A stretch of DNA of 64,000 bases from the human T2T-CHM13v2.0 reference genome, Homo sapiens: the NCBI RefSeq assembly GCF_009914755.1, contig NC_060928.1. One strand, 5' to 3'. Below the pieces are notes generated by a model. It did not search any database. It saw only the letters and a program-made list of their open reading frames with translations, and was not told the DNA's origin. Shown piece by piece: positions 27,805 to 41,049 of the stretch (positions are counted from its first letter, which is position 1; each line of letters begins with the position of its first letter). Both the position numbers and the translations under genes were made by a program.

Positions 27805-30800
27805 TGTAGTAGCAAAACAATCCACCACCAGATCGCCCTTCAAGGAAGGCTGTAATGCCTTCCCTGCTGAGGTGCTGATTTGAGAGATAGTCTCCAGCTC
27901 TCCGCCATCTACAGGGATAGACAGCTTCCTGTGTCTTACTTCTGGACCAGAGCCAGTTTTCAGACTTAGAACCCCTTGATTGAAGAAGAATGAGGTCTCC
28001 AGGAGGAAGGACCCTGTAACACCATGGCAAGTGGTTATAAGGAATGATTCTCTCTGTCCTTCCCCAGAAGAACCTAGGGCCATTAACTCAGCTTACCTCA
28101 CACTGGAGAATGGACGTTAAAAATAGGGAATGCTGGTAACAAAGCCTGACTTGATATTAATACCTGGAGACCTGAAACAGCATTAGAGTCCCTTTGCTAG
28201 TGTGAGGCAATATGAGGGGCAGGGAGAAAATGATATTCTGTTCAACACCAGCCTCATAGTGGGTCCACATGGTCTGCTAACCCACTCAAGAGTAATTTTT
28301 CCAGCCCTCAAATATATAATTGGAATAGACATATTTGGTATTAGTTACAGTCCCACATTGGATCCTTTGCCTACAGAAAAAGAACAATGATTGTGGGAAG
28401 ACTAGGCGAATGTCCCTGAAACTAGTCTCCTATACAGCCAAAATAGTAAATTAGTATTGCACCTCAGGGTGAGGAGGGGGAGAACAGAAATTAGTGCCCC
28501 CCCATGAGATCTGAAGGATAATTCTCATATCTCTGTTTAACTCAACAGTCTGGCTCCTCCAGAAACCAGAGGATCCCGAGGATGACACATCATCGTCTGA
28601 ATTGCAGCCTCCATGCTTACATCTTTAATAGAACTGACGAATAGGACCTGAAGTACATGCTATGTGACCTTGATTTAGCCAATGATTGTTTTTCTATTTC
28701 TATCAGAAAAGAGAATCCTAAACAGTTTGCATTCACATGTAACGTACAAAAGTGTCTATCTACAGTTTTGCCTGGGACAATGTTAATTCCCCTCCCCCTG
28801 TCATAACATAATCTGCAGTGATCTGAACTGTCAGGATAACCCGCAGATTATCACATTTATCCACCATATCACGTTAGTCAGAGCGGATATGCAAGTGGCT
28901 AGTATGTTGGATGCCTTGTTTGGACATATGGGCTTCAGAGGGTGAGAGATGAACCATGTGAATATTCAGAATTCTTTTGACATCAGTAAAAATTTTAAGC
29001 ATAGTCACAGGCATGCCATGAAAATTAAAAGATAAATTATTTCATCTTACACCCCATGAAGAAATTTCAGTCTCTTTGGGTTTTGGAGGTCACATAATCC
29101 ACACCTGAGAATACTGATCGGGCCCATTTATTACTGACAAGAAGGGCTGCCAGCTTAAAGTAGACACAGGCAAGAAACCTCTGCATCACATCCAGACTTC
29201 GGTGCATGCAGCCCTGCCACTTGGGCCACTCAGCTCAGGAGACCCTATGATATTAGAGTTTTCTGCAGTAGGAAAATATGCCATGTGGAATATATGGCAA
29301 GCCCCGTGAGGAAATCACAGCACAGGCCCCCAGAGGTGTGAAGCATTGCCAAGCCGTCTGCAGTGGAGAAGGAAACCACTGAAGAAACAATTCCTGGCAT
29401 ATTACTGGGCCCTGCTACAGTAAGAGAACCTGACCATGGTACATCAAGTGCAGCATGTCAACTGGATCAGGTGGACCCAGAAAAAACGCCATCATCTGAT
29501 GAAAGTGATACATTCAGGATCGAATATGAGCAGAACCAGCGAGTACAAGCAAATTGCACAACCAGGCATCCCAGATTTCCATGTTTCCCTCATCACGCAG
29601 CACCTCTCTCTCATGTCATACTTATGTCCCTGTGGCGGGAGAGGGAAATTTCTTGTAAATATCTGACGGGAGGAAAAAGAAAATCCAAGGTTGAATTATA
29701 GATGAGTTGACTGGGAGCGTGGATGCAACCCAAAATTAGAGAAGAGCTACCCATTACAGCATGACTTAGGCATAGCCTTAAAACACTGTGGTGAGGAAAT
29801 ATTCCCACAGTGGGCAGAGTTTCAGGCAGAAAAGTGGCCCAATGGTAGATTATATACAGATTCATGAACAGTGGCGGATGGCCTGGCCAAGCTGTTCAGA
29901 CACCTGGAAGAAGACATCTAAATTATCAAAGACGAAGATGTCTGAGATAGAGGCATGTAGGTGGCCAAATGGGCATGAACACTAAGTATAAAGATCACAC
30001 ATTAACACCTACAAGAGAACATCCACATACAAACGACACTAGACCCCAAGTAGACAGAATAACTTGGTTAATGGACGTCAGTGAGCCTCCGTCAGTGGCC
30101 ACTCCAGCCCTGGCACAAAGAGCACAACTACAAAGTGATCACAGTGAAATAAACGGAGGCGATGTATGGGCTTCTGCTCAGCAAGTCTGGTCAAGCTATT
30201 TCTTCACCAAACGTCCAACTTGCTAGCAACAGAGGCCCACACAAGGTACCCAAGATGGCACCATCTCTGAAGATGACCAAATGGCCACTTAGAGAAAAGG
30301 ATCTGTTTTACTATGGAAAGAGAAACAATGCATTCTCACAGAAGTAGACATATATTCCATGTTTGGGTTTGCCTTTCCTACTCCAAGGGCTTACAGACTG
30401 TTTGATCCACTGTCACAGGATTCCACACAGCATTATATCAGATAAGTGGATCCACTTCATAGCAAAGGGCATTTGAAAGCAGGATGGCATGGGATCCATC
30501 TTTCATATTACACAATATGCCCCTGAAAGCTGCAGGTACAGTAGAACATTAGAAGGCCTGCTAACAGTAAAGCGGAAGCACCAGCTCAGCGGTGACGTTT
30601 TATAAAGATGAGTCACAATCCTCCAGAATGCAGCATCCACATTGCAGCAAAGACTTTAAATAGCACTGTGTCCCAAATAGGAACAATACATAGGTCAGAT
30701 AAGCCAGGAGCGAAATCAGAAGTGAACTTGCTTACCATCATTCTCTGTAGGCACTAGGAGACTTTGGGCTTTCCATTCTGGCGACTCTAGGCTCTACAGG

Positions 30801-31070
30801 GTTAGAGATCCTAGTCCTCAAAGGGTAGCACTTTCATCAGAAGACACAAGAGTCCTATTCAGCAATAAGTTGTGATTGCTGCTTGGCCACTTTGGGTTCC
30901 AAGCCACTTTGGGTTCACTAGGAAGTAGCAGCCAAGCAAAAAAATCACCAACTCGGCAAATGTAACTGACACTATCATCAAGAGAAAGTAGGGCTTCTGT
31001 TCCACAAAGGGGCAGGGAGGATGGCGTGTGGGACTCGGGTGCTCTACTTGAGTTCTCTCTTGTCCCTCAG
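27805..31070 (+). mobile_element. ERVL-class provirus remnant (HERV16/ERV3-16A3-like): LTR stub, pro, RT, RNase H, IN, dUTPase; all decayed
   Basis: Degenerate motifs: DLAN..FSISI...QFAFT (~28673-28740), IYTDS (~29850), DIYSMFGFAFP (~30347), GIPHSIISD (~30418), GHFG...GLLFH dUTPase-like (~30885-31005). Confidence 0.85.
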
Positions 31071-33816
31071 AACTGAGAGAGTACAGTCACTAAGCTCATG
31101 TAGTGAAATCCGTCCATGGACACCAGCTAGCTCTCTTTAGTGGCAGAGATGGCTGTAGCTTGAGCTAAGTCATCTTGTAAATGGTATGTCCTGGTCATAA
31201 ACAAGACTAGATAGGAATGGAATTGCCCATCTGTCATTGAACCTAAAAACAAAACATCAAACACAACATACTTAAATAATGTGCCCTACTAACAACAGGA
31301 GTATTTAATCAACCACCAATAATTCCACCTCATACTGAGGCTTCTTCCTAATGTGGAAGGATGAGAACAATATGAGGAATTCCAGAGCCCGAGGTATGAG
31401 ATCTATGAAATTGAAACCCTGAGCTCCTTCTTTCACCCAAACTGTGAACCACTCTTTCCTAAAGGGTTTGGATAATGGGAGAACACATCTATCTGTTGTA
31501 GGAGAGCCCGTAAACCTCACAAGGCTGGACATTCAAGACAGCACTGAGCAGGAGGCTGTGAGTTGCTTTAGCTGAAGATGGGAGCTGCCTGACAGCTGCC
31601 AAGTTATCTACTGCCAAAATCTCTCCTGGATGCAACAGCCCAGATGTTAGAGAATTTGTATTTGATCCCAAAACTGAGGGTGCCTTGTAAATTTCACATA
31701 TAGTTCACTAAATCCTTGCGTGTGTGGATTGAGCGAAAGAAGCAATGAACTTAGAGTCAGAGATCATGGGCTTAAGTCTTAGTTCTGCACTTAAGAGCTG
31801 GTGAAATTCAATATATTTTTTCACTGACACACACAAAAATTAATTAACCAACCAAAAAAATTTTAAAAGAAGAGTTAATGGAAAAACAAGGAAGTAAAAC
31901 TATCTATTGCAGTACCTGACAGTTAGTAGAGCTCAATGTCTGCTAGTTAGTTTTTTAGGTGAATTTCAATTATTGGTCTTAGGCTGATCTCTCTCTCTCT
32001 CAATCCTCTCTCTCTCTCCCCCTCCACCCCCCCATTCCCCAACCCCTCTACAAAACATGCTAAATTTCTACTTCTAATTCTCTTTAGTAAATAGCCATGC
32101 ACAACCTCTATTGTTACCTGTGACCTCCTGATCATAAGGAGCTCTGCTCCTGCTCTCCCTCATCTGCGGTTGGGCGCTGGTCTTTAATGAGCTACTGCTC
32201 TGCATGTAAACACAACCGTATCTAATAGCTGAAGCGACAAGAGCATGTGGATTAGAAGGGTTGTGAAAATACAGATTCTTTGATGAACTTTTCTAGTAAT
32301 GAGTATTTCAATTTCTTATTTCGTAGTAATATAGTTTGGTTAAAAAATGAAAACACAGAAATATATAAGGAGGTAAAAGAAAGAAACCTATAATTCTATT
32401 CTCCAAAGGTGTCATACATACCTTATGAAATGTTTAGTATCCATTTTTCTATTTTGCCATGCGTATATTAATATATTTAAACAAAATGGTATCATTTAAT
32501 AAATTCTGTTCCAAGTTGAACTATTCTATCTGTCAATATACCTTGATAGTGAAGACGTTTATGAATCACTCATATCTTAAGGTTCTTCCATTAAAAAAAA
32601 AAAGAAAAACAAGAAATTGATTCCAGTTACAGTAACAAGAAAAACACTGTTAGGATATTGGGTAGCTCATAGAATTAGTCGAATTTGAAAACAGGTTGAG
32701 GCAGGAAACAACGAAGACAAAGCCAGAGTTGGAACCGGCCCTAGGAATCCTGCCCGGGACCTCGCAGCCCTGCCTCCCAGCCCGTGCGACTGCCCTGGGC
32801 CCTGACCGCTTGTCAGGACCTTGCCTGCACTTGGAAATGCGATGCTGATGAGTGAAGAGGCAGCGCTTACTGTATTCGCTCACGTAGGAAAGGAGCTGTG
32901 TCCTAGATAGTAGAGGTGAATTATCTTTTCATCAGTCTCTCAAGTCATTTTAAGGACCTCTGGGCCTTGAGTGCTTCTCGGTTTCTGGCAGTTTGGGGGC
33001 AGCATGACCTTCCTGCAAAATGGCCTTATGCACGAGTGACCCTTTAAGAATCACTGTTGGTTTTCTAGGTTTATCGGTGAAGTGGACCATGTAATCTGTG
33101 TTCTATTCTTAGCCGTCCCTGGGCCTGACCTTGGGGGTGGTTCAAGGTGTGTGAAACTGGCTCTTCACCTGAGGATGTTTCACACTGATGAGCTGGGGAA
33201 GACGCTCTGCAGCAACTCAGAAGAAAGCACTTAGTTCTGAGAGTCAGATATTTTTCTCTCAGGACCAATTTGATTCTGTGCTGTTAAACCTTATCTTCAT
33301 TATCAAGTAGCACTGATTAAATGTTCAAATGCTCATAGCGCCGCTCTAGGAACCATACAAAAAGAATTATCCTGCCCGGTAGGACTTTAAAATCAAAATC
33401 AGAGATTTATTACTTACAAGGCGTCACTTGGCACCCCGACACGGTGAGAAGGGGCCTTCCAATCACCTCGACGCTGCAGGCCCTTGAGAACACTGGTTCA
33501 GTTCGTGGAAGTCTTTTCCGTTTTTCTCTTCCATGCCATTTAATCCCACAATTTGGGGACAGAACTGAGTATACGGAGAAAACACACATTAGATGTACAC
33601 TATGATTTTATTTTGTTGATTTATTTCATTTTCATAGAATATAATACAACAGAATCTTTGCTTCATTGGTTTTGAACCAATGTTTTCCCAGGCAAGTCGC
33701 ACTTTTATAGTCGACAGTGACTATAAAAGAGTTTCCGTGGGCCTTGTCCATTGTCACAATCACAGCAGTCTCACCTCGTCTTTTTGGCTCCATGCTCTTT
33801 GTAAGCCATTCAGAGA

Positions 33817-34005
33817 AAACCTGGAAGCGGTTCTTCAATAAACCTGCAAGCAGTTCTTCAAATAAACCTGGAAGCAGTTCTTCAATAAACCTGGAAGCAG
33901 TTCTTCAATAAACCTGGAAGCAGTTCTTCAATAAACCTGGAAGCAGTTCTTCAATAAACCTGGAAGCAGTTCTTCAATAAACCTGGAAGCAGTTCTTCAA
34001 TAAAC
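33817..34005. repeat. Minisatellite, 23-bp unit AAACCTGGAAGCAGTTCTTCAAT, ~8 copies
   Basis: Directly counted; the first two units are variant. Confidence 0.97.
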
Positions 34006-34431
34006 TGTTGCCCTGTACACTACACCCACGGTGACTCTGTGCTCTGAATACACCGACGTGACCCTGAGTTTTCTGAAATACTTTTTTATATTATTGGCCC
34101 CAAAAACTATGATATTATCTTGGAAATTCCAATATTTTGATACTCAAGCCTCATCTGCCAAGATTTATTTTTATACTTAGAAGTGGCATACACATTCTTT
34201 ACTGAATGATATGTCCTCATTTTGGTTTAGTGCTACAGATTACACTATACCTTTGCTATCAATAGCTTCTTTCTCTCCCTACTGCCATCACAATAAAAAC
34301 CCAACCTTCAAAAAAATCAATGCAATCAAAGCATAACAGAATAGGATTGACGGAGTTGTGGTTATCCAAGGAGATTTCAGATATGTCAAAAATAACATGA
34401 TAAGGTTTCAATAATTTTGTGCCCAAAGTGA

Positions 34432-34858
<427 letters not shown>

Positions 34859-36520
34859 CTCTGTTCCGTTTTATATAATCAGTGACAAATAGTCTGAGGG
34901 TTGAGATTTGGGGCATTTAGAATAATTTTTGTCTCCTCCATCTCCTTAGGAAAGATGTCTGCCCTTTTCTCCTATTGGAGAGGGACACCGTGGGGATCTT
35001 TGAGCAGAGTCAGGCAAATCCATGCCGAAGAGGTGGGCCCGTGCCACCTTTGCACAGCAAAGTAGAAGAAACCATTGGCAGTTGGTGGGTGGCTGTTGCG
35101 GGGAATTGAGAAGTCCGCCTATAACAGTTTTGGAGCTGCCATATTCTTGGGCATGGTTTCAGACTAAGAATAATAAGAATAATAGCCCTCAAAATGAGGG
35201 CTGTGGCTCTTCATCATACTAGCTCTGCTGTCTGGTGTCAGGGATCTGATACTGCCACCAAGCAGCCCAGTGCTTTATGAATAGGATGAAACTCTTCACA
35301 GTGTGAAAGCCTCAGGCAGCACTACTCTCCACACTGTCCTACAGAACAATGTCAAGATTATTTATAGTCTTCAAAGGTACAGTAAGCCTTTTTATTCCAT
35401 TCTTAAGATAAACAAATAAATCACAAGCACTTTGGGGTTTGTGTAAACAGATACAAAAGCAACATAAATTACAGACCGAAAACTTAATTTATAAATAGGA
35501 GCTATAAATTTAATAATCGATAATCATAAGTAATTTCAAAATGAAATAAAAAGAAAAGCCCCACTAGAGAATATTATGCAAATTTTTATTAAATTATCTA
35601 TTCTATTCTACCTCATTTCAGGTCTTAAGAATGTGTTTTTCTTATCCATAATCATAAATAGGGAGATAAAGGGAGATAAACTCATTTCCTCATTTTTTAT
35701 TAAATTCACCTTTCCTCCTTGGGTGGAATTTTATGAGCATCTAGAGTGTCAGTTTTTCTCCCAACACACTGAAATGTTTATAGTATGGCTATTTACTTCA
35801 TCAAGCTAGAACATTTTTCTATTAAACACACCTCAGTTTCAAAGTTATACAAAATATACCTCTACTTTGACTTTTTGATGTATTTCAAACTATGGCCTTA
35901 TCTGAAAACTTAAAATAGTAGTCAGCTATTATTTTTAAGAAGTACTTAAGGTAGCTGTCAATATTTAACAATATATAAACCATTTAAAGAGTCACGTACC
36001 TACTCATTGCAATTTTGAGCACCTAATATGTGCTATTATAAAGTATAGAATGATGTCAGAGTAACTACTATCAGAATAACCTGCCGTAAGGAAAAAAAAA
36101 CTATTTTAATACTATTTTTAAAATATTTGAAGCCACTGGCAAATGGCCAATGTTGGGTAGACAACGGAGGGAAAACAACCCTTGAAAGAGGTGGACTATA
36201 CTGGGTGATATTTGCATTTGTGTGGTTTTTTTTTTTTTTTGCCTCAGGGCACCACCTTGTCCACATCATATGGGACAACCAGGATTGAAGAAGATAGCCA
36301 CAGTTTACAAGCTTGAAAAATCAGACAGCAGTTAGAGGTCTGACTTTGGGGCTGTTATAGGAGCCTGAAAATAAGGTATAAAATTCCAGAAGAGAGGAGC
36401 AGCAAAGGTGGGAGCCCCTCAAATATACATGTGAACTTCATCTAAACTTTTCTTTGGCTGCTCTCTCAACTATGTTTATGCACAGCATGGTGACTATCAT
36501 TAACAATACTATATTGTACA

Positions 36521-36661
36521 TGCCTATAGTCCCAACTACTCATGAGTCTGAAGTGGAAGGATCATTTGAGCCTAGGAGGTCGAGGTTGCAGTGAGCCATG
36601 ATTGTCACTGCACTCAGGCTGGATGCTGTCTCTACGTAATACTACTAATAATAAGAATAAA
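36521..36661 (+). mobile_element. Alu right-monomer fragment (FRAM/AluJ-like)
   Basis: tgcctatagtcccaactact...gaggttgcagtgagccatgattg, A-rich tail. Confidence 0.8.
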
Positions 36662-37759
36662 ATATACATGACTTTTTAAACAAAAATTACAGTAGTGTTT
36701 GGTGGAGTTTGTAACCAATACAGGCATACTTTAGAGATATTGCAGGTTCAGTTCCAGCCCACCTCAATAAGAGTATCACAATAAAGTGAGCCAAATAATT
36801 TTTGGTTTCCTGGTGCATATAAAAGTTATCTTTACACTATACTGCTGTCTATTATGTGTGTGAGAGCATTATGTCTAAAAAACCCAATCAATATGTATTA
36901 ATTTAAAAATACTTAATTGCTAAAAAATGCTAATAATCATCTGAGCCTTCAGAGAGTTGTAATCACTTTGCTTGTGAAGGGTCTTGTCTCAATGTCGATG
37001 GCTGCTGACTGATCAGGGTGGCGATTGCTGAAGGTTGAGGTGGCAGTGGCAATTTTAAGAAACAAGACAACAATGAAGTTTGCCACAGCAATTCTTCCTT
37101 TCATGAAAGATTTCTTTGTAGCATTTGATGCTGTTTAACAGCATTTAACCTAGAGTAGAACTTCTTTCAAAATTGGCATCAATAATCTCATACACTGCTA
37201 CTGCTGTGTCAATTAAGTTTATGTAATATTCTAAACCCTTTGCTGTCATTTCAACAATATTCACAGCATCATCACCAGGAGTCATTTCCATCTCAGGAAA
37301 CCACTTTCTTGGCTTGCGCATAACAAACAACTTCAAGTTTTATCATCACATTGTAGCAATTCAGTCACATCGACTTCTAATTCTAGTTCCCTTGCTATTC
37401 CCACCACATCTGCAGATACTTTCTCCACTTTAGTCTTGAACTTCAATATCATCCATGAGTTTAGGAATCAACTTCTTCCAAACTGCTATTAATGTTGATA
37501 AATTGACCTCCTCCCATGAATCATGAATGCTCTTAGTGGCATTTAGAATGGTGAATCCTTTCCAGAAGGTTTTCAATTTACTTTTCCCAGATCCATCAGC
37601 GGAATCACTATCTATGGCAGCTATAGCCTTATGAAATGTAGTTCTCAAATAATAAGACTTGAAAGTCAAATTACTCCTTGATCCATGGGCTACAGAATGG
37701 ATATTGTATTAGCAGGCAAGAAAACACATTAATCTCCTTGTACATCGCTATCAGAACTC

Positions 37760-38945
37760 TCAGATCATTAAAGTGCCCAGATGGCCCAAAGCAATATATA
37801 AATCCAATTCAATTCGTATCAAATTACCAATGTCATTTTTCACAGAATTTAGAAACAGATCCTAAAGTTCATATGGAACAAAAAAGAGTCATAATAACCA
37901 AAACAGTCCTAAACAAAAAGAACAAATCTAGTGGCATCACACTGTCTGACATCAAATTATAATACTAGCCTATAGTAACTAAAACAGCATGATTTTTGCA
38001 TAAAATAGATACATAGAGCAATGGAATGGAATAGAAAATGCAGAAATAAAGCCACATACCTACAATTAAGTGGTCTTTGACAGAGTTGAAAAAATAAACA
38101 ATAAAAAAAGACAGTAAATGGTACTGGGAAAATTGGCTAACCACATGCAGATAAATAAAACTGGACCACTATCTCTCACCATATACAATAATTAACTCAA
38201 GATAAATTAAAGACATAAATGTAAAACTTAAAACTATAAAATTCCTAGAAGAAAACCTAGGAAAAACTCCTCTAGATGTGGGTCTAAACAAAAAATTTAT
38301 GACAAAGACACCAAAGCAAATATAACAAAAATAAAAAAGATAGATCAGAATTAATTAAACTAAAAAGCTTCTGTACAGCAACAAAATAATCAACAGAGTA
38401 AACTAATATACAGTATAGGAGAAAATAATTGCAAATTATGTCTTCAACAAAAGACTAACATCCAGAATCTACAGGAAACTCAAACAACTCAACCAGAAAA
38501 AACAATCCCATTAAAAGGTGGGCAAAGGACATAAACAGACATTTCTCAAAAGAAGATATACAAGCAGCTAACAAACACATGAAAAAATGCTCAACATCAC
38601 TAATCATCAGGGAAATGCAAATTAAAACCACACTGAGGTATCACTTTACACCAGTCAGAATGGCTACTATTAACCAGATGCAGACAAAGGGAAAACTTGT
38701 ACACTCTTAGTGAGAATGTAGATTGGTTCAATCTCCGTGGAAAACACCATGGAAATATCTCAAGGAACTAAAAATAGAGCTTCCATTCAACCCAGCAGTC
38801 CCACCAGTGGGTATCTACCCAAATGAAAAAAAAAATATTTATATAAAAAGACAGCTATACTTGTTTGTTTATTGAAGCACTATTCACAATAGCCAAGTCA
38901 CAGAACCAACCTAAGTGTCCCATCAACAGATGACTAGATAAGTTT

Positions 38946-38991
<46 letters not shown>

Positions 38992-39367
38992 ATGGAATAC
39001 TACATAGCAGTAAAAAATGAAATATGTCTTTTGCAGCAACAAGGATGGAGCCCTTCTGAGAACTGACTGAGAAGCAAAAAATCAAATATTGCATGTTCTT
39101 ACTTATAAGTGGGAGCTAAACAATGGGTACACATGGATATAGCAATGGAAATAACAGACAGTCGGAACTCCAAAAGGAGGGATGGAATAGAGGGGTAGAG
39201 GGGTGAGGTTTGAAAGATTACCTATTGAATACAATGTTCAGTATTTGAGTGACAGTTACACCAGATGCCCAATCCCCAGCATTACACAATATACCTATAT
39301 AATGAATATGTACATGTATTCATTAAATCTAAAATTAAAAAGATAAATAAAATATACTGGAAAAAAG
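37760..39367 (+). mobile_element. 5'-truncated L1 (L1PB-like 3' end) inserted in Tigger1
   Basis: ORF2 C-terminal region, 3' UTR (ttacctattgaatacaatgttca...aatctaaaa), A-rich tail, TSD agaactc on both sides. Confidence 0.9.
38948..38991. repeat. (CA)n microsatellite, ~21 units, within the L1
   Basis: Directly visible. Confidence 0.97.
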
Positions 39368-40697
39368 AACTCAAGTTACTAGGTGCTTTGTCTGTGAGCA
39401 GAAATATTTTGAAAGAAATTTTTTTTCCTGAGCAGTAGGTCTCAACAGTGGGCTGAAAATATTCAGTAAACCAGGCTGTAAAGAGATGTGCTGTCATCCA
39501 GACTATGCTGTTCCATTTATAAAGCACAGGAAGAGTAGCTGTAGCATGATTCTAAAGGGCCCTAGGATTTTCAGAATGGTAAGTGAACACTGGCTTCCAC
39601 TACATTTGCCCCTACCAAGAGAGTTAGCCTGTTCCTTGAAGCTTTGAAGCCAGGCATTCGTTTCTCCTCTTCACTAAGAAAGTCCTAGATGGCATCTTCT
39701 TTCAATAGGAGGTTGTTTTGTCTACACTGTGAATTTGTTGTTTAGTGTGGCCACCTTCATCAATGATCATTACAAGATCTTCTGGATAACTTGCTACAGC
39801 TTCTCCACTAGCACTTGCTGCTTTACCTTGCACTGTTATGTTATGGAGATGGCTTATTTCCTTATCTCATGAACTGACCTCTGCTAGCTTCAGACTTTTC
39901 TTCTGCAGCTTCCTCACCTCTCTCAGCCTTCATAGAATCGAAGACAGTTAGGACTTTACTATGGATTAGGCTTTGGATTAAAGGAATGTTGTGCCTGGTT
40001 TGATCTTCTGTCCGGACCACTAAAACTTCTAACATTAATGAAGCTGTGTCTCTTTCTCATCATTTCTGTGTTCCTTGGAGTTGAACTTTTCCCTCAGGAA
40101 CTTTTCCTTTGCATTCACAACTTCACTAACTGCTTGGTGCAAGAGGGCCAGTTTTCATCCTATTTTGGCTTTTGACGTGCCCTCCTCATTAAGCTTAATC
40201 ATGTCTAGCTTTTGATTTAAAATGAGAGACATGCAACTCTTCTTCTCACGTGAACACTTAGAGGCCATTGTGGGGTTATCAATTGGCCTGATTTCAATAT
40301 TGTTCTGTTTCAGGGAATAGGGAGGCCTGAAGAGAGGAAGAGAGAGAGAGAGAGATGGGGGAACAGACTGTCATCAGAGCAGTCAGAACACACACACATC
40401 ATTTATTGACCATTTGCTGTCTTATATGGATGCAGTTTGTGGTGACCCAAAACAGTTACAATAGTAACACCAAAGATCACTGATCAAAGATCCCCATAAC
40501 AGATGATAATTTAAAAGTTTGAAATGCTATGAGAATTATCAAAGTAGGACACAGAGACATGAAGTGGGCACAAAATGTTGGAAAAATGTAACCAAATGAG
40601 TTGCTTGATGCAGGGTTGCCACAAACCTTCAATTTGTAAAAAATGCAGTGTCTGTGAAGCTCAATAAAGCAAAGCACAATAAAATGAGGTGTGCCTG

Positions 40698-41041
40698 AAT
40701 ATATCATATATAGTAACAAGAATACAAATACCAGATAAATGCATGTATACAGATGCAAAATTTTCATATATTACATGCTACAGCACAATATTAACTGCAT
40801 AAACTATAATAATTTAAGGGTGCATATGGTAATCTCTGGAATAATTTCCAAAAATATATAATAACAATGCAAAGAATTGTAGCTAAAAGACCACAAAACA
40901 AAAACAAGAAACATGTGGGACAAACAGAAACCGAAGAGTAATATAGTGAACTTAAATCCAACCATAACAAGAGTTACATTAAGTATAAGGTGACTAAGCC
41001 TTACAATTAAAGGGTATGGGTTGTCAGACAGGGTTGAAAAA
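40698..41041 (+). mobile_element. Old L1M fragment (inter-ORF/ORF2 start), likely the host of the second Tigger1
   Basis: acttaaatccaaccata...ttacattaagtataa...caattaaagg...ttgtcagac resembles the start of L1M ORF2. Confidence 0.55.
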
Positions 41042-41049
41042 GAATAATT

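Larger units (their letters stand above)
36721..40697 (-). mobile_element. Second full-length Tigger1, interrupted by an L1
   Basis: TA+CAGGCATACT TIR at 36721 and ...AATAAAATGAGGTGTGCCTG at 40697; transposase-like ORF fragments (TFKSYYLRTTFHKAIAAIDSD; [23 protein letters not shown]). Confidence 0.93.

Noticed and set aside
33335-33355. Possible CTCF site (agcgccgctctagg)
   Set aside because: Too many mismatches to the CTCF core to call by eye
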